Of a stretch of DNA of 64,000 bases, positions 8,526 through 17,489 are shown piece by piece (position 1 is the stretch's first letter; each line of letters opens with the position of its first letter). Below the pieces are notes generated by a model. That model was not told where the DNA came from. It saw only the letters and a program-made list of their open reading frames with translations, and ran no database searches. Position numbers and translations under genes: made by a program. The stretch is from the NCBI GenBank assembly GCA_014584605.1, contig JACTMO010000053.1, positions 89,792 through 153,791 of the forward strand. Direction: 5' to 3'. This DNA is from Bacteroidota bacterium. GTDB taxonomy: Bacteria > Bacteroidota > Bacteroidia > Flavobacteriales_F > PHOS-HE28.

Positions 8526-9998
8526 ATGCGCCTGAACGTCCCCGCCCTCGTGCTCCTCCTGGCCGCCTGCCAGGGCGCGCCACCCGCCGCCAACACCACC
8601 GCCCCGCCCGACCGTGGCCCGCTGGGGCGCGACAACATGGCCTACCGTTGGGCCACGGCGGCCCTCGAGGGCACAGCCAACGACACCGAGCGCAATTCCC
8701 CGCGCCCCACGGTCACCAGCCGGCTGCTGGCCCTGGCCTTCACCGCGCAGTTCGACGCCTGGAGCCGTTACGACAGCGTGGCCGACCCCGTATACCTTGG
8801 CGTGCCACGCCGCCCGCAGGCCGAGCGCACCCTGGCCAACAAGGAGAAGGCCATCAGCTATGCCATGTGCCGCGCACTATGCCTGGCCTATCCGGCGGAC
8901 AGCGCCCTCTTCCTGGGCCGCCTCAAGGCGTTCGGCTACGACCCGCAGGACCACCGTCTGGACCCGACCACGCCCCAGGGCATCGGCAACCTGGCGGCCC
9001 GCACCGTTTTCGAGCTGCGCAAAGACGACGGCAGCAACATGTACGGCACCGACCCCGGCGCTCCGGTGCCCTACGGCGACTACACGCACTACGTACCGGT
9101 GAACCCCGTGGAAAAGATGAACGACATCGACCACTGGCAGCCCAAGTACTTCACGCGCGACGACGGCACGAAGTGGGCCCCCGGGGCCCTGACCCCGCAC
9201 TGGGGCCGGGTGCGGCCCCTGATGCTCGACAGCGCGAACCAGTTCCGTTCGCCGCCCCCGCCGCACATGGGCGACCCCCGGCTGGAGGAGGAGGTCCGCC
9301 AGGTGGTGGCCGTACAGGGCTCGCTCACCCTGGCCGAGAAGGCGCTGGTGGAGTTCATGCGCGATGGCCCGCGCAGCGTGCAGCAGGCCGGCCACTGGCT
9401 CATCTTCTCCCGGGATGTCAGCGTGCGCGACCGGCACGACCTGGACCGCGATGTGCAGATGTACTTCGTGGTCACCGCCACGGCGATGGACGCCTTCATC
9501 GCCTGCTGGGAGACCAAGTTCCATTACGACAGCAGCCGGCCGTTCCAGCAGGTGCACCACCTGATGGGCGACGAGGACATGATTGGCTGGCCCGGTCCGC
9601 ACCAGGGGCAGGTGAAGATGAAGGGTCGGGACTGGCGGCCCTATTCACCGGCCAGCTTCCTGTGCCCGGCCTTCCCGTCCTACATCAGCGGCCACAGCAC
9701 CGTGAGCGGCGGTTGCTCGAAGGCGCTGGAGCTTTTCACCGGCAGCGACCGCTACGGCATGGAGGTACGGCTGCTGCCGGGCTGGCTCACCGAGCCAGGC
9801 ATCACCACCGACAGTGTCACCCTGAGCTTCCCCACCTTCTCCTCCACGGCCGAGCAGGCCGGATGGAGCCGGGTGCTCGGCGGCTATCACATCCAGTCGG
9901 ACAACGTGGAGGGCCTGGCCATGGGCCGCAAGGTGGCCGCCGTGACCTACGCCAACTGCAAGGCCCACATCGATGGGCGCACGGACCCCGAGGGCTGA
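8526..9998 (+). CDS. Vanadium-dependent haloperoxidase / PAP2-superfamily lipoprotein
   Basis: Lipoprotein signal 'MRLNVPALVLLLAACQG'. PAP2/haloperoxidase tripartite motif: 'SSRPFQQVHH' (K/RxxxxxxRP), 'PSYISGHST' (PSGH), 'SRVLGGYHIQSDNVEG' (SRxxxxxHxxxD). Confidence 0.6.
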   Translation: MRLNVPALVLLLAACQGAPPAANTTAPPDRGPLGRDNMAYRWATAALEGTANDTERNSPRPTVTSRLLALAFTAQFDAWSRYDSVADPVYLGVPRRPQAERTLANKEKAISYAMCRALCLAYPADSALFLGRLKAFGYDPQDHRLDPTTPQGIGNLAARTVFELRKDDGSNMYGTDPGAPVPYGDYTHYVPVNPVEKMNDIDHWQPKYFTRDDGTKWAPGALTPHWGRVRPLMLDSANQFRSPPPPHMGDPRLEEEVRQVVAVQGSLTLAEKALVEFMRDGPRSVQQAGHWLIFSRDVSVRDRHDLDRDVQMYFVVTATAMDAFIACWETKFHYDSSRPFQQVHHLMGDEDMIGWPGPHQGQVKMKGRDWRPYSPASFLCPAFPSYISGHSTVSGGCSKALELFTGSDRYGMEVRLLPGWLTEPGITTDSVTLSFPTFSSTAEQAGWSRVLGGYHIQSDNVEGLAMGRKVAAVTYANCKAHIDGRTDPEG

Positions 9999-10008
9999 GC
10001 GGCGGCGG

Positions 10009-10428
10009 TCACAGCCAGGCCAGGTACTTGTCCTCCAGCGCCCGCATGGCGGCCTTCTGGGCCTTGCTGCGGTCGTCGTGGCCCAGCAGGTGCAGCAGGC
10101 CGTGCAGCATCACGCGGTGCAGTTCGTGGCGGGCGCTGACCCCGAAGGCCGTGGCGTTCTCCCGGATGCGGTCATAGCTGAGGAGCACATCGCCGCTGGC
10201 CCCGTTGCTGCTCTCCACCGGGAAGGTGATGACATCGGTGTAATCGTCGTGCTGCAGGAAGGTGCGGTTGTAGTGGAGCAGGGTCGCATCGTCCATGGCC
10301 ACGAAGCACACGCGGTCGATCCGGCTGCCATGATCGGCGGCCACGCGCTGCAGCCAGTGGCGCAGTCGGGCACGGTCGCGGAAAGGGTTGGGAACGTCCT
10401 GTACGAGGAAGGTGACCGGGGTGGCCAT
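10009..10428 (-). CDS. ybeY: Endoribonuclease YbeY (rRNA maturation factor)
   Basis: 'HRVMLHGLLHLLGHDD' zinc-binding HxxxHxxxxxH motif, size ~139 aa. The ATG is the complement of 10426-10428 and overlaps the upstream stop (ATGA). Confidence 0.9.
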   Translation of the reverse strand: MATPVTFLVQDVPNPFRDRARLRHWLQRVAADHGSRIDRVCFVAMDDATLLHYNRTFLQHDDYTDVITFPVESSNGASGDVLLSYDRIRENATAFGVSARHELHRVMLHGLLHLLGHDDRSKAQKAAMRALEDKYLAWL

Positions 10429-10865
10429 CACTCCTTCACGGCCGTGGTGTTGAAGGCCATGGCCACCGTGGCGCCGTTGTCGGCGAAGGCGATGTCGTCG
10501 GCCAGTGCCCGCATCAGGAACACGCCGCGGCCGTGCGGTTTCTCGATGTTCTCCGGGTCGGTGGGGTCGGGCAGGTGGTCGTGGTCGAATCCCGCGCCCT
10601 GGTCCTTCACCACGAACACCACCCGGTCGCCATCGGTGTGGTAGCCCACGGTGACCTGCTTGGCGGGGTCCTGCCGGTTGCCGTGGTGGATGGCGTTGTT
10701 CACCGCCTCGGTGAGCGCGATGAGGATGTTGCCGTAATGCGACTCGTGCACTTGGAGCCGGCCGCACACATCATCGATCATCTTCTCCACCAGCGCGATG
10801 TTCTCCGCCCGGCTGGGGAAGTCGATCTGCTCGGTGAACTGCACGTCCTCGGTCAGGGCCGTCAT
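10428..10865 (-). CDS. ATP-binding protein, anti-sigma regulatory factor-like (HATPase_c_2 / RsbW-type)
   Basis: 'GNILIALTEAVNNAIHHGN' N-box and 'VKDQGAGFD' G1-box of GHKL ATPases, ~145 aa. Start overlaps the stop of the upstream giant gene (ATGA). Confidence 0.7.
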   Translation of the reverse strand: MTALTEDVQFTEQIDFPSRAENIALVEKMIDDVCGRLQVHESHYGNILIALTEAVNNAIHHGNRQDPAKQVTVGYHTDGDRVVFVVKDQGAGFDHDHLPDPTDPENIEKPHGRGVFLMRALADDIAFADNGATVAMAFNTTAVKE

Positions 10866-13800
10866 CAGCGTGGTTCAGGTGTGTCAAAAGTACCGAAATA
10901 GTCGTTCACGCGGTCGCGGTAGTACGGCTTGAGGCCGGCGGGCACGGTGCGCAGCAGTTCGGCTTCGCGGGCCTTGCGCTGCTGGTACTCGAAGAAGCGG
11001 GCGGGGTCCTCGGCGGGCCGGTCGCGGCCTTCGTTGCTGGTGCGTTTCTGGTCCAGTTCCCGTTCGCGCTCGGCCTTCTCGGCCTCCAGCAGGCGGGTCA
11101 TGATGTCCTGTTGGCGGCGCAGGGTCTCGGGGGTGATGTTCTTGTTGACGATGTCCTTCTCTTGGCGCTCCATCTGCTCGGCGAGCTTGTTGAGGCCGTT
11201 GCCGGCACCGCTGCCGTCCTTGTTGAGCTCCTGGGCCATGCGCTGCATTTCCTTGCGGATGGCGGCCTGTTGGGCGGCGAGCTGGGCCAGCTGCTGGCTC
11301 ATGCCCGGGGTGTGGCCGCCGGGGTTCTGCTGCCCGGGCTTCTCCCCCTTTTTACGGCCCTCCTCCAGGGCCTTGCGCATGGCGTCCAGCTGCTTCTGCA
11401 GGGCCTCCTGCTGGGCCTTCATCCTGGCCATGCTGGGTTTCTTGCCCTGGCCGCTGCCCGTGCCGCCCGGTTTGTTGCACTGGCCATTGCCGGGCATCTG
11501 GCTCTGCATCTGCTGCTGCATCTGTTGCAGCGCTTCGTCCAGCAGCAGGGCCAGGTTGTTCAGCGCGGTCATGGCGCGTTGCTGGTCATCGGCGGCCATG
11601 GCCTTGTGGCGTTCGTTGGCACGGGCCTCGCCCACATGCTCCAGGGCCTGGTCCATGTGGCCGTTCACGGCGTTCATCTCGCGGTTCACGGTGCCCTGGA
11701 CCTGTGGCACGCGCTTGCTGAGGGCGAAGAGGCTGTCCTCGATCACCCGGGCGGTGCTGCGCAGTTCGCGCTGTTCGCGGCCCAGTTCCATGAAACGCGG
11801 GTCGCGCACACCGGTCGCCTTCAGGCCATCCATCACGCGTTCCTGGTCGAAGCTCAGCTGCACGATGTTCTCCAGCAGCTGGCGCATCGCGTCCATGTCC
11901 TCCTCCTGTTGCTGCTGCTGGCCGCTCTGCATGCCGCTGGTCATCTGGAAGGCCATCTGTTTCATCTGGTCGGCGGCGTTCTGCTGGCTTTGGCCGGCCT
12001 TCTGGTTCTGCTTTTTCTGCAGCTGGTCGCTGCTCTGCTGCTGTTGCTGCCGGATCTGTTCCTCGGTGGGTGCGGTGTCCGGCAGGTCCAGGGGCTTCTC
12101 CAGTTCCTGGTTCTTCTTCTCCAGTTCGTCCACCTGTTCGCGGATGTCCTCAAAGGCCTTGTTCAACGAATCCTGGCGCTGCTGCAGTTCGTCCTGGGGC
12201 CGGTCGCCGGCCTTGGTGTCCTCGGCCAGTTCCTCCTGTTCCCTGGCGAGCTTCTCCAGCTGCTGGGCGATGTCCTCCGTACGCTGCTCCACCTCCATTT
12301 GCTTGAAGAGCTCCAGGCTGCGGTCCAGTTCCTTTTCGATGTCCTCCTGGCTCAGTTTCATTTCCTCCACCTTGTCCAGCAGCTTCTCCTTGTCCAGCTT
12401 GTCGAGCATCTCCTGCATCTGGCGGTAGAGCTCCTTCATCTCCTCGCTCAGCACGTCCTCGAAGAGCTCCTGCAGGCGCTGCTGCTTCTCCAGCACACGC
12501 TCGTCCACCTGGCGGAACTCCTGCTGCTGCTGCTGCTGTTGCCGCAGCTGCTCGGTGGATCGTTCGATGCTGCGCTCCAGTTGTTTCTGCCTGTCGAGCA
12601 GCTTTTGCATGCGCTGCTGGTCCTGCCAGTCGGGCTGCTTCTTGTCCAGCAGGTCGCGCCGCATACGGTCCAGTTCACGCTGCAGGTCCCGGGCCTCCTT
12701 GATGCCCTGCTGGAGGTCCTGGGCGATGGCCTCGCTCTGCTGGGCCCGCTGTTGGGACAGGGCCTCCAAGGTGGGCGCCTCGAAGACCAGGGTGGCACTG
12801 CGGGTGCGTTTGGCGCCATGCACACCGTCGTTGTCCCACACCTCGAACCAGTATTCGACCTTGTCCCCGGGCTGTATGGGCAGGTCGATCAGGTCCCAGG
12901 CGTGCAGGAACTCCTGCCGCACCTGGCGCCGATCCACGGACAGCTCCTGCACGCCCTCGCGCTGGTCCGGTGCCACGCTGTCACCACCGGCGATGAAGCG
13001 GTAGGCGAACTGCAGTCGGGTGAAGCCGTGGTCGTCGCCGATGCTACCCCGGAAGTAGCGGCGTTTGAGGGCGGCGCTGTCCACGCGTTCCTCGACGACG
13101 ATGGTGGGGTACAGGTCGGGCACCACGTCGATGCGGTGGTCCGGCGTTTCGGATGGGCTGCGGTCGCCGTGGTGGGGCACCATGCGGTAGGTGAGCGGTT
13201 CGAGCACGCGTCGGCTGGCGCTGAAGCGGTCGTCGCCGGCGGGTGCCAGGCGGTAGGTGCTGTCGGCGAAGGCCAGGTCGAGCCGCTGGGTGCTGCGGGT
13301 GCCGATGCTCCAGGTGAGGCGGCTGCCGGCTGGCACGGTGGCATCGCCAGCGGTGCGCAGCTGCTCGGCGGGCAGGCCCAGGTAGGCGGGCGGTTCCACG
13401 GTGATCATCACGTCGAGCACAGCGGGGTCGGGCACCACGGTGAGCAGGAGGTCGCGGCTGTCCACCCCTTGGGCGGTAAGGCGGAAGGGGGTGTCCCGAC
13501 CCACGTTGCGGAAGCGGTGGCGGAAACGGTCCACGCCTTCCTTCACCAGGGGGATGGCCCGGCCGTCCACCAGCACGTCCACCTGCTGGGGTAGCACGCT
13601 GCCCTCCACGGCCACCTCCAGCTCGAAGTCCTGTTGCTCGGGCACCTCCAGGCTGCTGTTGCGCACCACGAAGCGGAACGGTGCCTCGGGCGTGAAGGTG
13701 CTGCCGTGCCGGATGAGGCGTTGGGTGGGCCCGGTGATGAAGGAGGGGGCGGCCAGCAGCAGGAGCAACAGCAGCATCAGCGGCGGCAGGGCGAAGCGCA

Positions 13801-14272
13801 GGTGCCGGGCATTGCGCCGCAGATCGATGGCGTTGGCGAAGGGAATGGGCCCAAGCTCGCGGCTGCGCTGGGCGATGCTCGCCTCGATGAGGTCGCGGTG
13901 GCGGTCATCGTGCGCGGCCTGGTCCTTGAGCTGCAGGGTGTTGAGCAGCTTGTCGCGCACCTCGCCGAAATGCGCACCGATGATGCGGGCGGCCTCGGCA
14001 TGGCTGATCACCGGGCCCAGGCGGAAGAGCTTCACCAGCGGCCATGCGATGAAGCGGGCCAGCACCGCCGTGGCGGCCAGCAAGTACCCGTAGAAGAGGG
14101 CCGTGCGCACGCCGGTGCCGAAGCGGCCCACGTATTCAAGCCCGGTGGCCAGCAGGTAGGCCAGCACCAGCAACCCCACGCTGTACAGGGCCCCGCGCAA
14201 CAGCTGGTCCTTGTAATACTTGCGGATGAACGCGTCGAGCTTGGCGATCAGCAGGTCGTGGTCGGAGGCCAT
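10865..14272 (-). CDS. Large membrane-anchored coiled-coil protein, DUF4175-like, Q/E-rich
   Basis: N-terminal TM helices ('GALYSVGLLVLAYLLATGLEYV', 'LMLLLLLLLAAPSFI'), a ~600-aa Q/E/K-rich coiled coil with poly-Q runs, conserved C-terminus 'LKPYYRDRVNDYF'. Start taken at ATG 14270-14272 (MASDHDLL...). Confidence 0.6.
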   Translation of the reverse strand: MASDHDLLIAKLDAFIRKYYKDQLLRGALYSVGLLVLAYLLATGLEYVGRFGTGVRTALFYGYLLAATAVLARFIAWPLVKLFRLGPVISHAEAARIIGAHFGEVRDKLLNTLQLKDQAAHDDRHRDLIEASIAQRSRELGPIPFANAIDLRRNARHLRFALPPLMLLLLLLLAAPSFITGPTQRLIRHGSTFTPEAPFRFVVRNSSLEVPEQQDFELEVAVEGSVLPQQVDVLVDGRAIPLVKEGVDRFRHRFRNVGRDTPFRLTAQGVDSRDLLLTVVPDPAVLDVMITVEPPAYLGLPAEQLRTAGDATVPAGSRLTWSIGTRSTQRLDLAFADSTYRLAPAGDDRFSASRRVLEPLTYRMVPHHGDRSPSETPDHRIDVVPDLYPTIVVEERVDSAALKRRYFRGSIGDDHGFTRLQFAYRFIAGGDSVAPDQREGVQELSVDRRQVRQEFLHAWDLIDLPIQPGDKVEYWFEVWDNDGVHGAKRTRSATLVFEAPTLEALSQQRAQQSEAIAQDLQQGIKEARDLQRELDRMRRDLLDKKQPDWQDQQRMQKLLDRQKQLERSIERSTEQLRQQQQQQQEFRQVDERVLEKQQRLQELFEDVLSEEMKELYRQMQEMLDKLDKEKLLDKVEEMKLSQEDIEKELDRSLELFKQMEVEQRTEDIAQQLEKLAREQEELAEDTKAGDRPQDELQQRQDSLNKAFEDIREQVDELEKKNQELEKPLDLPDTAPTEEQIRQQQQQSSDQLQKKQNQKAGQSQQNAADQMKQMAFQMTSGMQSGQQQQQEEDMDAMRQLLENIVQLSFDQERVMDGLKATGVRDPRFMELGREQRELRSTARVIEDSLFALSKRVPQVQGTVNREMNAVNGHMDQALEHVGEARANERHKAMAADDQQRAMTALNNLALLLDEALQQMQQQMQSQMPGNGQCNKPGGTGSGQGKKPSMARMKAQQEALQKQLDAMRKALEEGRKKGEKPGQQNPGGHTPGMSQQLAQLAAQQAAIRKEMQRMAQELNKDGSGAGNGLNKLAEQMERQEKDIVNKNITPETLRRQQDIMTRLLEAEKAERERELDQKRTSNEGRDRPAEDPARFFEYQQRKAREAELLRTVPAGLKPYYRDRVNDYFGTFDTPEPR

Positions 14273-14382
14273 CGGCGTTGGCGTGGGGCGCCAAGGGGTA
14301 AAGGTACGGGGGTGCGCAGGGGGGCGGGCCCGCCTTCGGTACACCGCAGGGTGTTAAAAGGATCGAAGGGCGGGCGACGGGT

Positions 14383-16143
14383 TCACCGCAGCACCAGGCG
14401 CTGCACCGCGCGCACCCCGGCCCGGTCCGTCAGCTCCAGCAGGTAGCTGCCCATCGGCACGCCGCGCAGGTCCACCTCCGTGGGATGCCCCGCCGGGAGC
14501 GACACCGTCCGTTCGGTCACGGCACGGCCGTGCAGGTCCAGCAGCCGCAGGCTGCACGGCCCTCCGGCCAGCCCCTGTGCGATCAGGGTGAAACGCCCGT
14601 CGCTCGGCACGGGGAACACGCGCAGCAGGCTGCCGGTGGTCCGGTCCGCAACCTCCGTGGTGATCAGCTCCAGGGAGGCTTCCACCGTGCACCCGTCGTC
14701 GGTGGTCACCGTTACGGTGTAGAGACCATCACCCTGGCTGAACACGAAGGCGCCGTCGGCGTTGGGCAGCGCTGTTCCGTTGTAGGTCCAGGCGTAGGTG
14801 CTGAAGCCGTTGTCCGTGAAGAGCACACCGGCGTCGTAGGTGATGGCGATCACCGGGCAGACCACGAGGGTGTCGCTGCTGCCTCCGCAGCCGAACCCGT
14901 TGATACCGGTGGCCCAGTAGCTGCCCGCGCCGGTGGTCTGGATGCAGAGGCCCGTGCCCGGCAGCGTGTCGCCGTTCAGGAACCACAACACGTTCACCAG
15001 CGTGGTGTCGCCGAGGCAGAGGGTTTGCGTGAGCTCCGTGTAGCTGAGCGTCATGTCCGGTGCGGCGTGCACCACCACCACGTCGGTATCGTGGAAGACC
15101 TGCTGCACGCTTTCGCTCACCACCAGGCTGCCCACCGTGCCGTTGGCGATGCTGAAGGGATAGGTGCCTGCGCCGTTCAGCGGGATGTTCCAGGTGCCCA
15201 GGGCATCGTCCTGGCTCACGGGGTCCTCGTCGAAGAAGGCGATCGAGTAGGGTCCGTCGTTCAGCGGGAGGCCCAGGGCGCTCCAGGTGGCGTTGTCCGT
15301 ATCGTCCTGGGTGCTGCCGGTCACCTGCTGTCCGTTCCCGTCGGTGAGCACGAAGTACAGGTCGGGGCTTCCGGAGCAGCCCACCAAGGGCAGATCGGGT
15401 TCCTCCACATCGCCGCACCAGTTGCCGTTCACGCTCACCAGCGTCACCTCGTCCAGCACAAAGCCTCCAAGGGTGGTGGTGAGGGTGGTGGTGTAGCTGC
15501 CCGGCTGGTCGTAGGTGACCGGTGGCGGGCTGGCGCCGGTGGCGGTCTGTCCCCCGCCGAAGTCCCAGGCGTACGTGGTGGGGTCGGGGCTGCCGTCGAT
15601 CAGGGCGGTGTAGGTCACCGTTACCGGTGCGCAGCCCGTGCTCGGGGTGAAGCTGAAGCCCGTGTTGGTGCCGGTGCCGGGCAGCACGTTCAGCAGCACG
15701 GCAAAGCTCTCGGGCACGCTGAGCTGGATGCCGTTGAGCGAGACCTGGGCCAGGATGTCGATGGTGATGCTGTACGTGCCGGCGCCCAGGGCGGTGCCGC
15801 AGATCCGCGCGCAGCCGTACTGGGCCTGTTGCGGGTAGTACACGCCGAGCGGGTCGCTGGTCTCGATGGACAGGCCGAAGGGGATGCCGGTGATGGCGGT
15901 GATGGTCATTTGTTCGAAGTCCACCGTGAAGCCAGTGCCCGGGTCGGTGAAGGAGGGCGGCAGCCAGAAGGTGAGGTCGGCCTGGTAGGGCACCCCGGCC
16001 GTGGCGTCGGGCGGCTGCATCGGGCACAGGGTGGGGTAGGCGGGGCTCACCGTGCAGCTGCTGTCGGGCGTGCAGCCCGGGCATTGCCCGCGGGCGATGG
16101 TGGCACTGAGCAGCAGGAGGGCGAAGGGGATGAGGCGCAGCAT
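14383..16143 (-). CDS. Secreted T9SS type-A CTD protein with PKD/Ig-like repeats
   Basis: Signal peptide 'MLRLIPFALLLLSATIARGQ' (ATG 16141-16143). C-terminal 'LRVFPVPSDGRFTLIAQ...YLLELTDRAGVRAVQRLVLR' is a type-A sorting domain. Confidence 0.75.
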   Translation of the reverse strand: MLRLIPFALLLLSATIARGQCPGCTPDSSCTVSPAYPTLCPMQPPDATAGVPYQADLTFWLPPSFTDPGTGFTVDFEQMTITAITGIPFGLSIETSDPLGVYYPQQAQYGCARICGTALGAGTYSITIDILAQVSLNGIQLSVPESFAVLLNVLPGTGTNTGFSFTPSTGCAPVTVTYTALIDGSPDPTTYAWDFGGGQTATGASPPPVTYDQPGSYTTTLTTTLGGFVLDEVTLVSVNGNWCGDVEEPDLPLVGCSGSPDLYFVLTDGNGQQVTGSTQDDTDNATWSALGLPLNDGPYSIAFFDEDPVSQDDALGTWNIPLNGAGTYPFSIANGTVGSLVVSESVQQVFHDTDVVVVHAAPDMTLSYTELTQTLCLGDTTLVNVLWFLNGDTLPGTGLCIQTTGAGSYWATGINGFGCGGSSDTLVVCPVIAITYDAGVLFTDNGFSTYAWTYNGTALPNADGAFVFSQGDGLYTVTVTTDDGCTVEASLELITTEVADRTTGSLLRVFPVPSDGRFTLIAQGLAGGPCSLRLLDLHGRAVTERTVSLPAGHPTEVDLRGVPMGSYLLELTDRAGVRAVQRLVLR

Positions 16144-16201
16144 GGGGTGGGGCGTGGAGGGCCAAGATATCCGGAACCGCCCTTGTCCCGGCGCATCGCC
16201 T

Positions 16202-17374
16202 TCAGGGCCTGCTGCTCCCCGCGTCAGGACGGTATGGCGTCGTGCCCGGGTGGAAGGTGCGCCAGCTGTGCCAGAACTCCTGGTACGCCGGGAGGGTTTC
16301 CCCTCGGGTGCGGACCACCGGCGCCGCAAGGGTATCGCGTTCATTCCCATGTTGCGAGGCGGCCGACGCGTCGTGCCGGAGCAGCACGGCCGAGAAGTTC
16401 AGCCCATCGTCCGCCAGTTGAAGCAGGATGCTGTCGGTCCCCAGGACGTCCCGGATCGTGCGCTCCCGCTGAAGCTGGTTCCAGTCGTAGGCCCGCGCCT
16501 CGCCGTTGTGGAGCACGCCCACCACCCAGCTCTTGGGCTGCCAGCTGGCCGTGTCGCGGCCTTCGAGCGAAGAGGCCGCGGTGCCCTCGTCATAGGCCTT
16601 CAGCCCATCGTACGCGTTGAGGAAGGAGGGGTCGGGCTGCATCACCAGGCCCTGCGGGTACCGGCGGCGGAACGCGTCTCGCGTGCCTTGTGCGGACGGC
16701 ACCTCCAGCAGGGTCGAACCCTTGAGGGGGCCGGCGATGCACGCACCCGTGGCCTGTCGCCACCAGCTGCCCGTACGGCTGTCCTCGAACATGGCGTTGA
16801 AGTGGTCCATGCCCACCAGGCGGAAGGTCTCCGGCATTCCGTTCACCACCGGGCTGAAGGCCCGGCCCGTGCGACACACGGTGCAATAGGTGACCAGCAC
16901 GGCCTCGCCGCCGATGGTGTCGAGCACCTGGTGGTGGTAGCCGATGAGCTCGATGGGGTAAGCGCGGGCCTCGCCGTGTCGTTCCACGGCCAGCACGAGG
17001 TCGTCCGCCGGGCCGGGGTCCTGCGCCACCGGGGCCATCAGCTTGTTCGCCACGGGCAGGAACATCTTGTCGGCCATGAACCTGAAGTTGAAGAGATAGG
17101 CCACGATGCCGGCCAGGGCCAGCGGGAGCAGCACGGCCAGGCGGCGCCCCCACCCCCCGTGGCGCAGGTGGTGCAGCGCGGGCCCGACCACCAGGGCCAC
17201 CCCGAGCAGGCGCAACCACCACACGTTGCGGTGAAGCCAGTAGGCCATGTCCACCTGCCGCAGGTCGGTGGCCATATCCTCCTGGCTGCCGGGGAAGGGC
17301 ATGATGAAATACACCCGTAGTACTTCGGGTACGAGGAGCAGGAGCAGGCCGGCGAGGAAGGCGAGGGTGCGCAT
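16202..17374 (-). CDS. DUF3179-like membrane protein
   Basis: Start taken at 'MRTLAFLAGLLLLLVPEVL' (ATG 17372-17374). Multi-TM N-terminus, conserved 'YCTVCRTGRAF'. Family assignment is tentative. Confidence 0.5.
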   Translation of the reverse strand: MRTLAFLAGLLLLLVPEVLRVYFIMPFPGSQEDMATDLRQVDMAYWLHRNVWWLRLLGVALVVGPALHHLRHGGWGRRLAVLLPLALAGIVAYLFNFRFMADKMFLPVANKLMAPVAQDPGPADDLVLAVERHGEARAYPIELIGYHHQVLDTIGGEAVLVTYCTVCRTGRAFSPVVNGMPETFRLVGMDHFNAMFEDSRTGSWWRQATGACIAGPLKGSTLLEVPSAQGTRDAFRRRYPQGLVMQPDPSFLNAYDGLKAYDEGTAASSLEGRDTASWQPKSWVVGVLHNGEARAYDWNQLQRERTIRDVLGTDSILLQLADDGLNFSAVLLRHDASAASQHGNERDTLAAPVVRTRGETLPAYQEFWHSWRTFHPGTTPYRPDAGSSRP

Positions 17375-17489
17375 GGCCCCAAGCTGGTCCGTCCGGTCGT
17401 GTCCGCCAGCGGTGCTGTGCCAGGCGTGCCTGCGGCCGTGCGAAGGCCCGCGCTGGATGGACGGGCCCCGGCGGGTATCTTCGCCGGCC

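Noticed and set aside
11111-13594. 827-aa plus-strand ORF (and 10929-12428 + 499 aa) antisense to the DUF4175-like gene
   Set aside because: Low-complexity Ala/Gly/Leu/Val-rich translation typical of antisense frames in ~70% GC DNA, with no domain. The minus-strand product has conserved family features and a signal/TM organisation.
14485-16620. 711-aa plus-strand ORF overlapping the T9SS PKD gene and the DUF3179-like gene
   Set aside because: Antisense GC artefact (Arg/Gly/Ala-rich, no motifs). The minus-strand genes have signal peptides and recognisable CTD/TM features.
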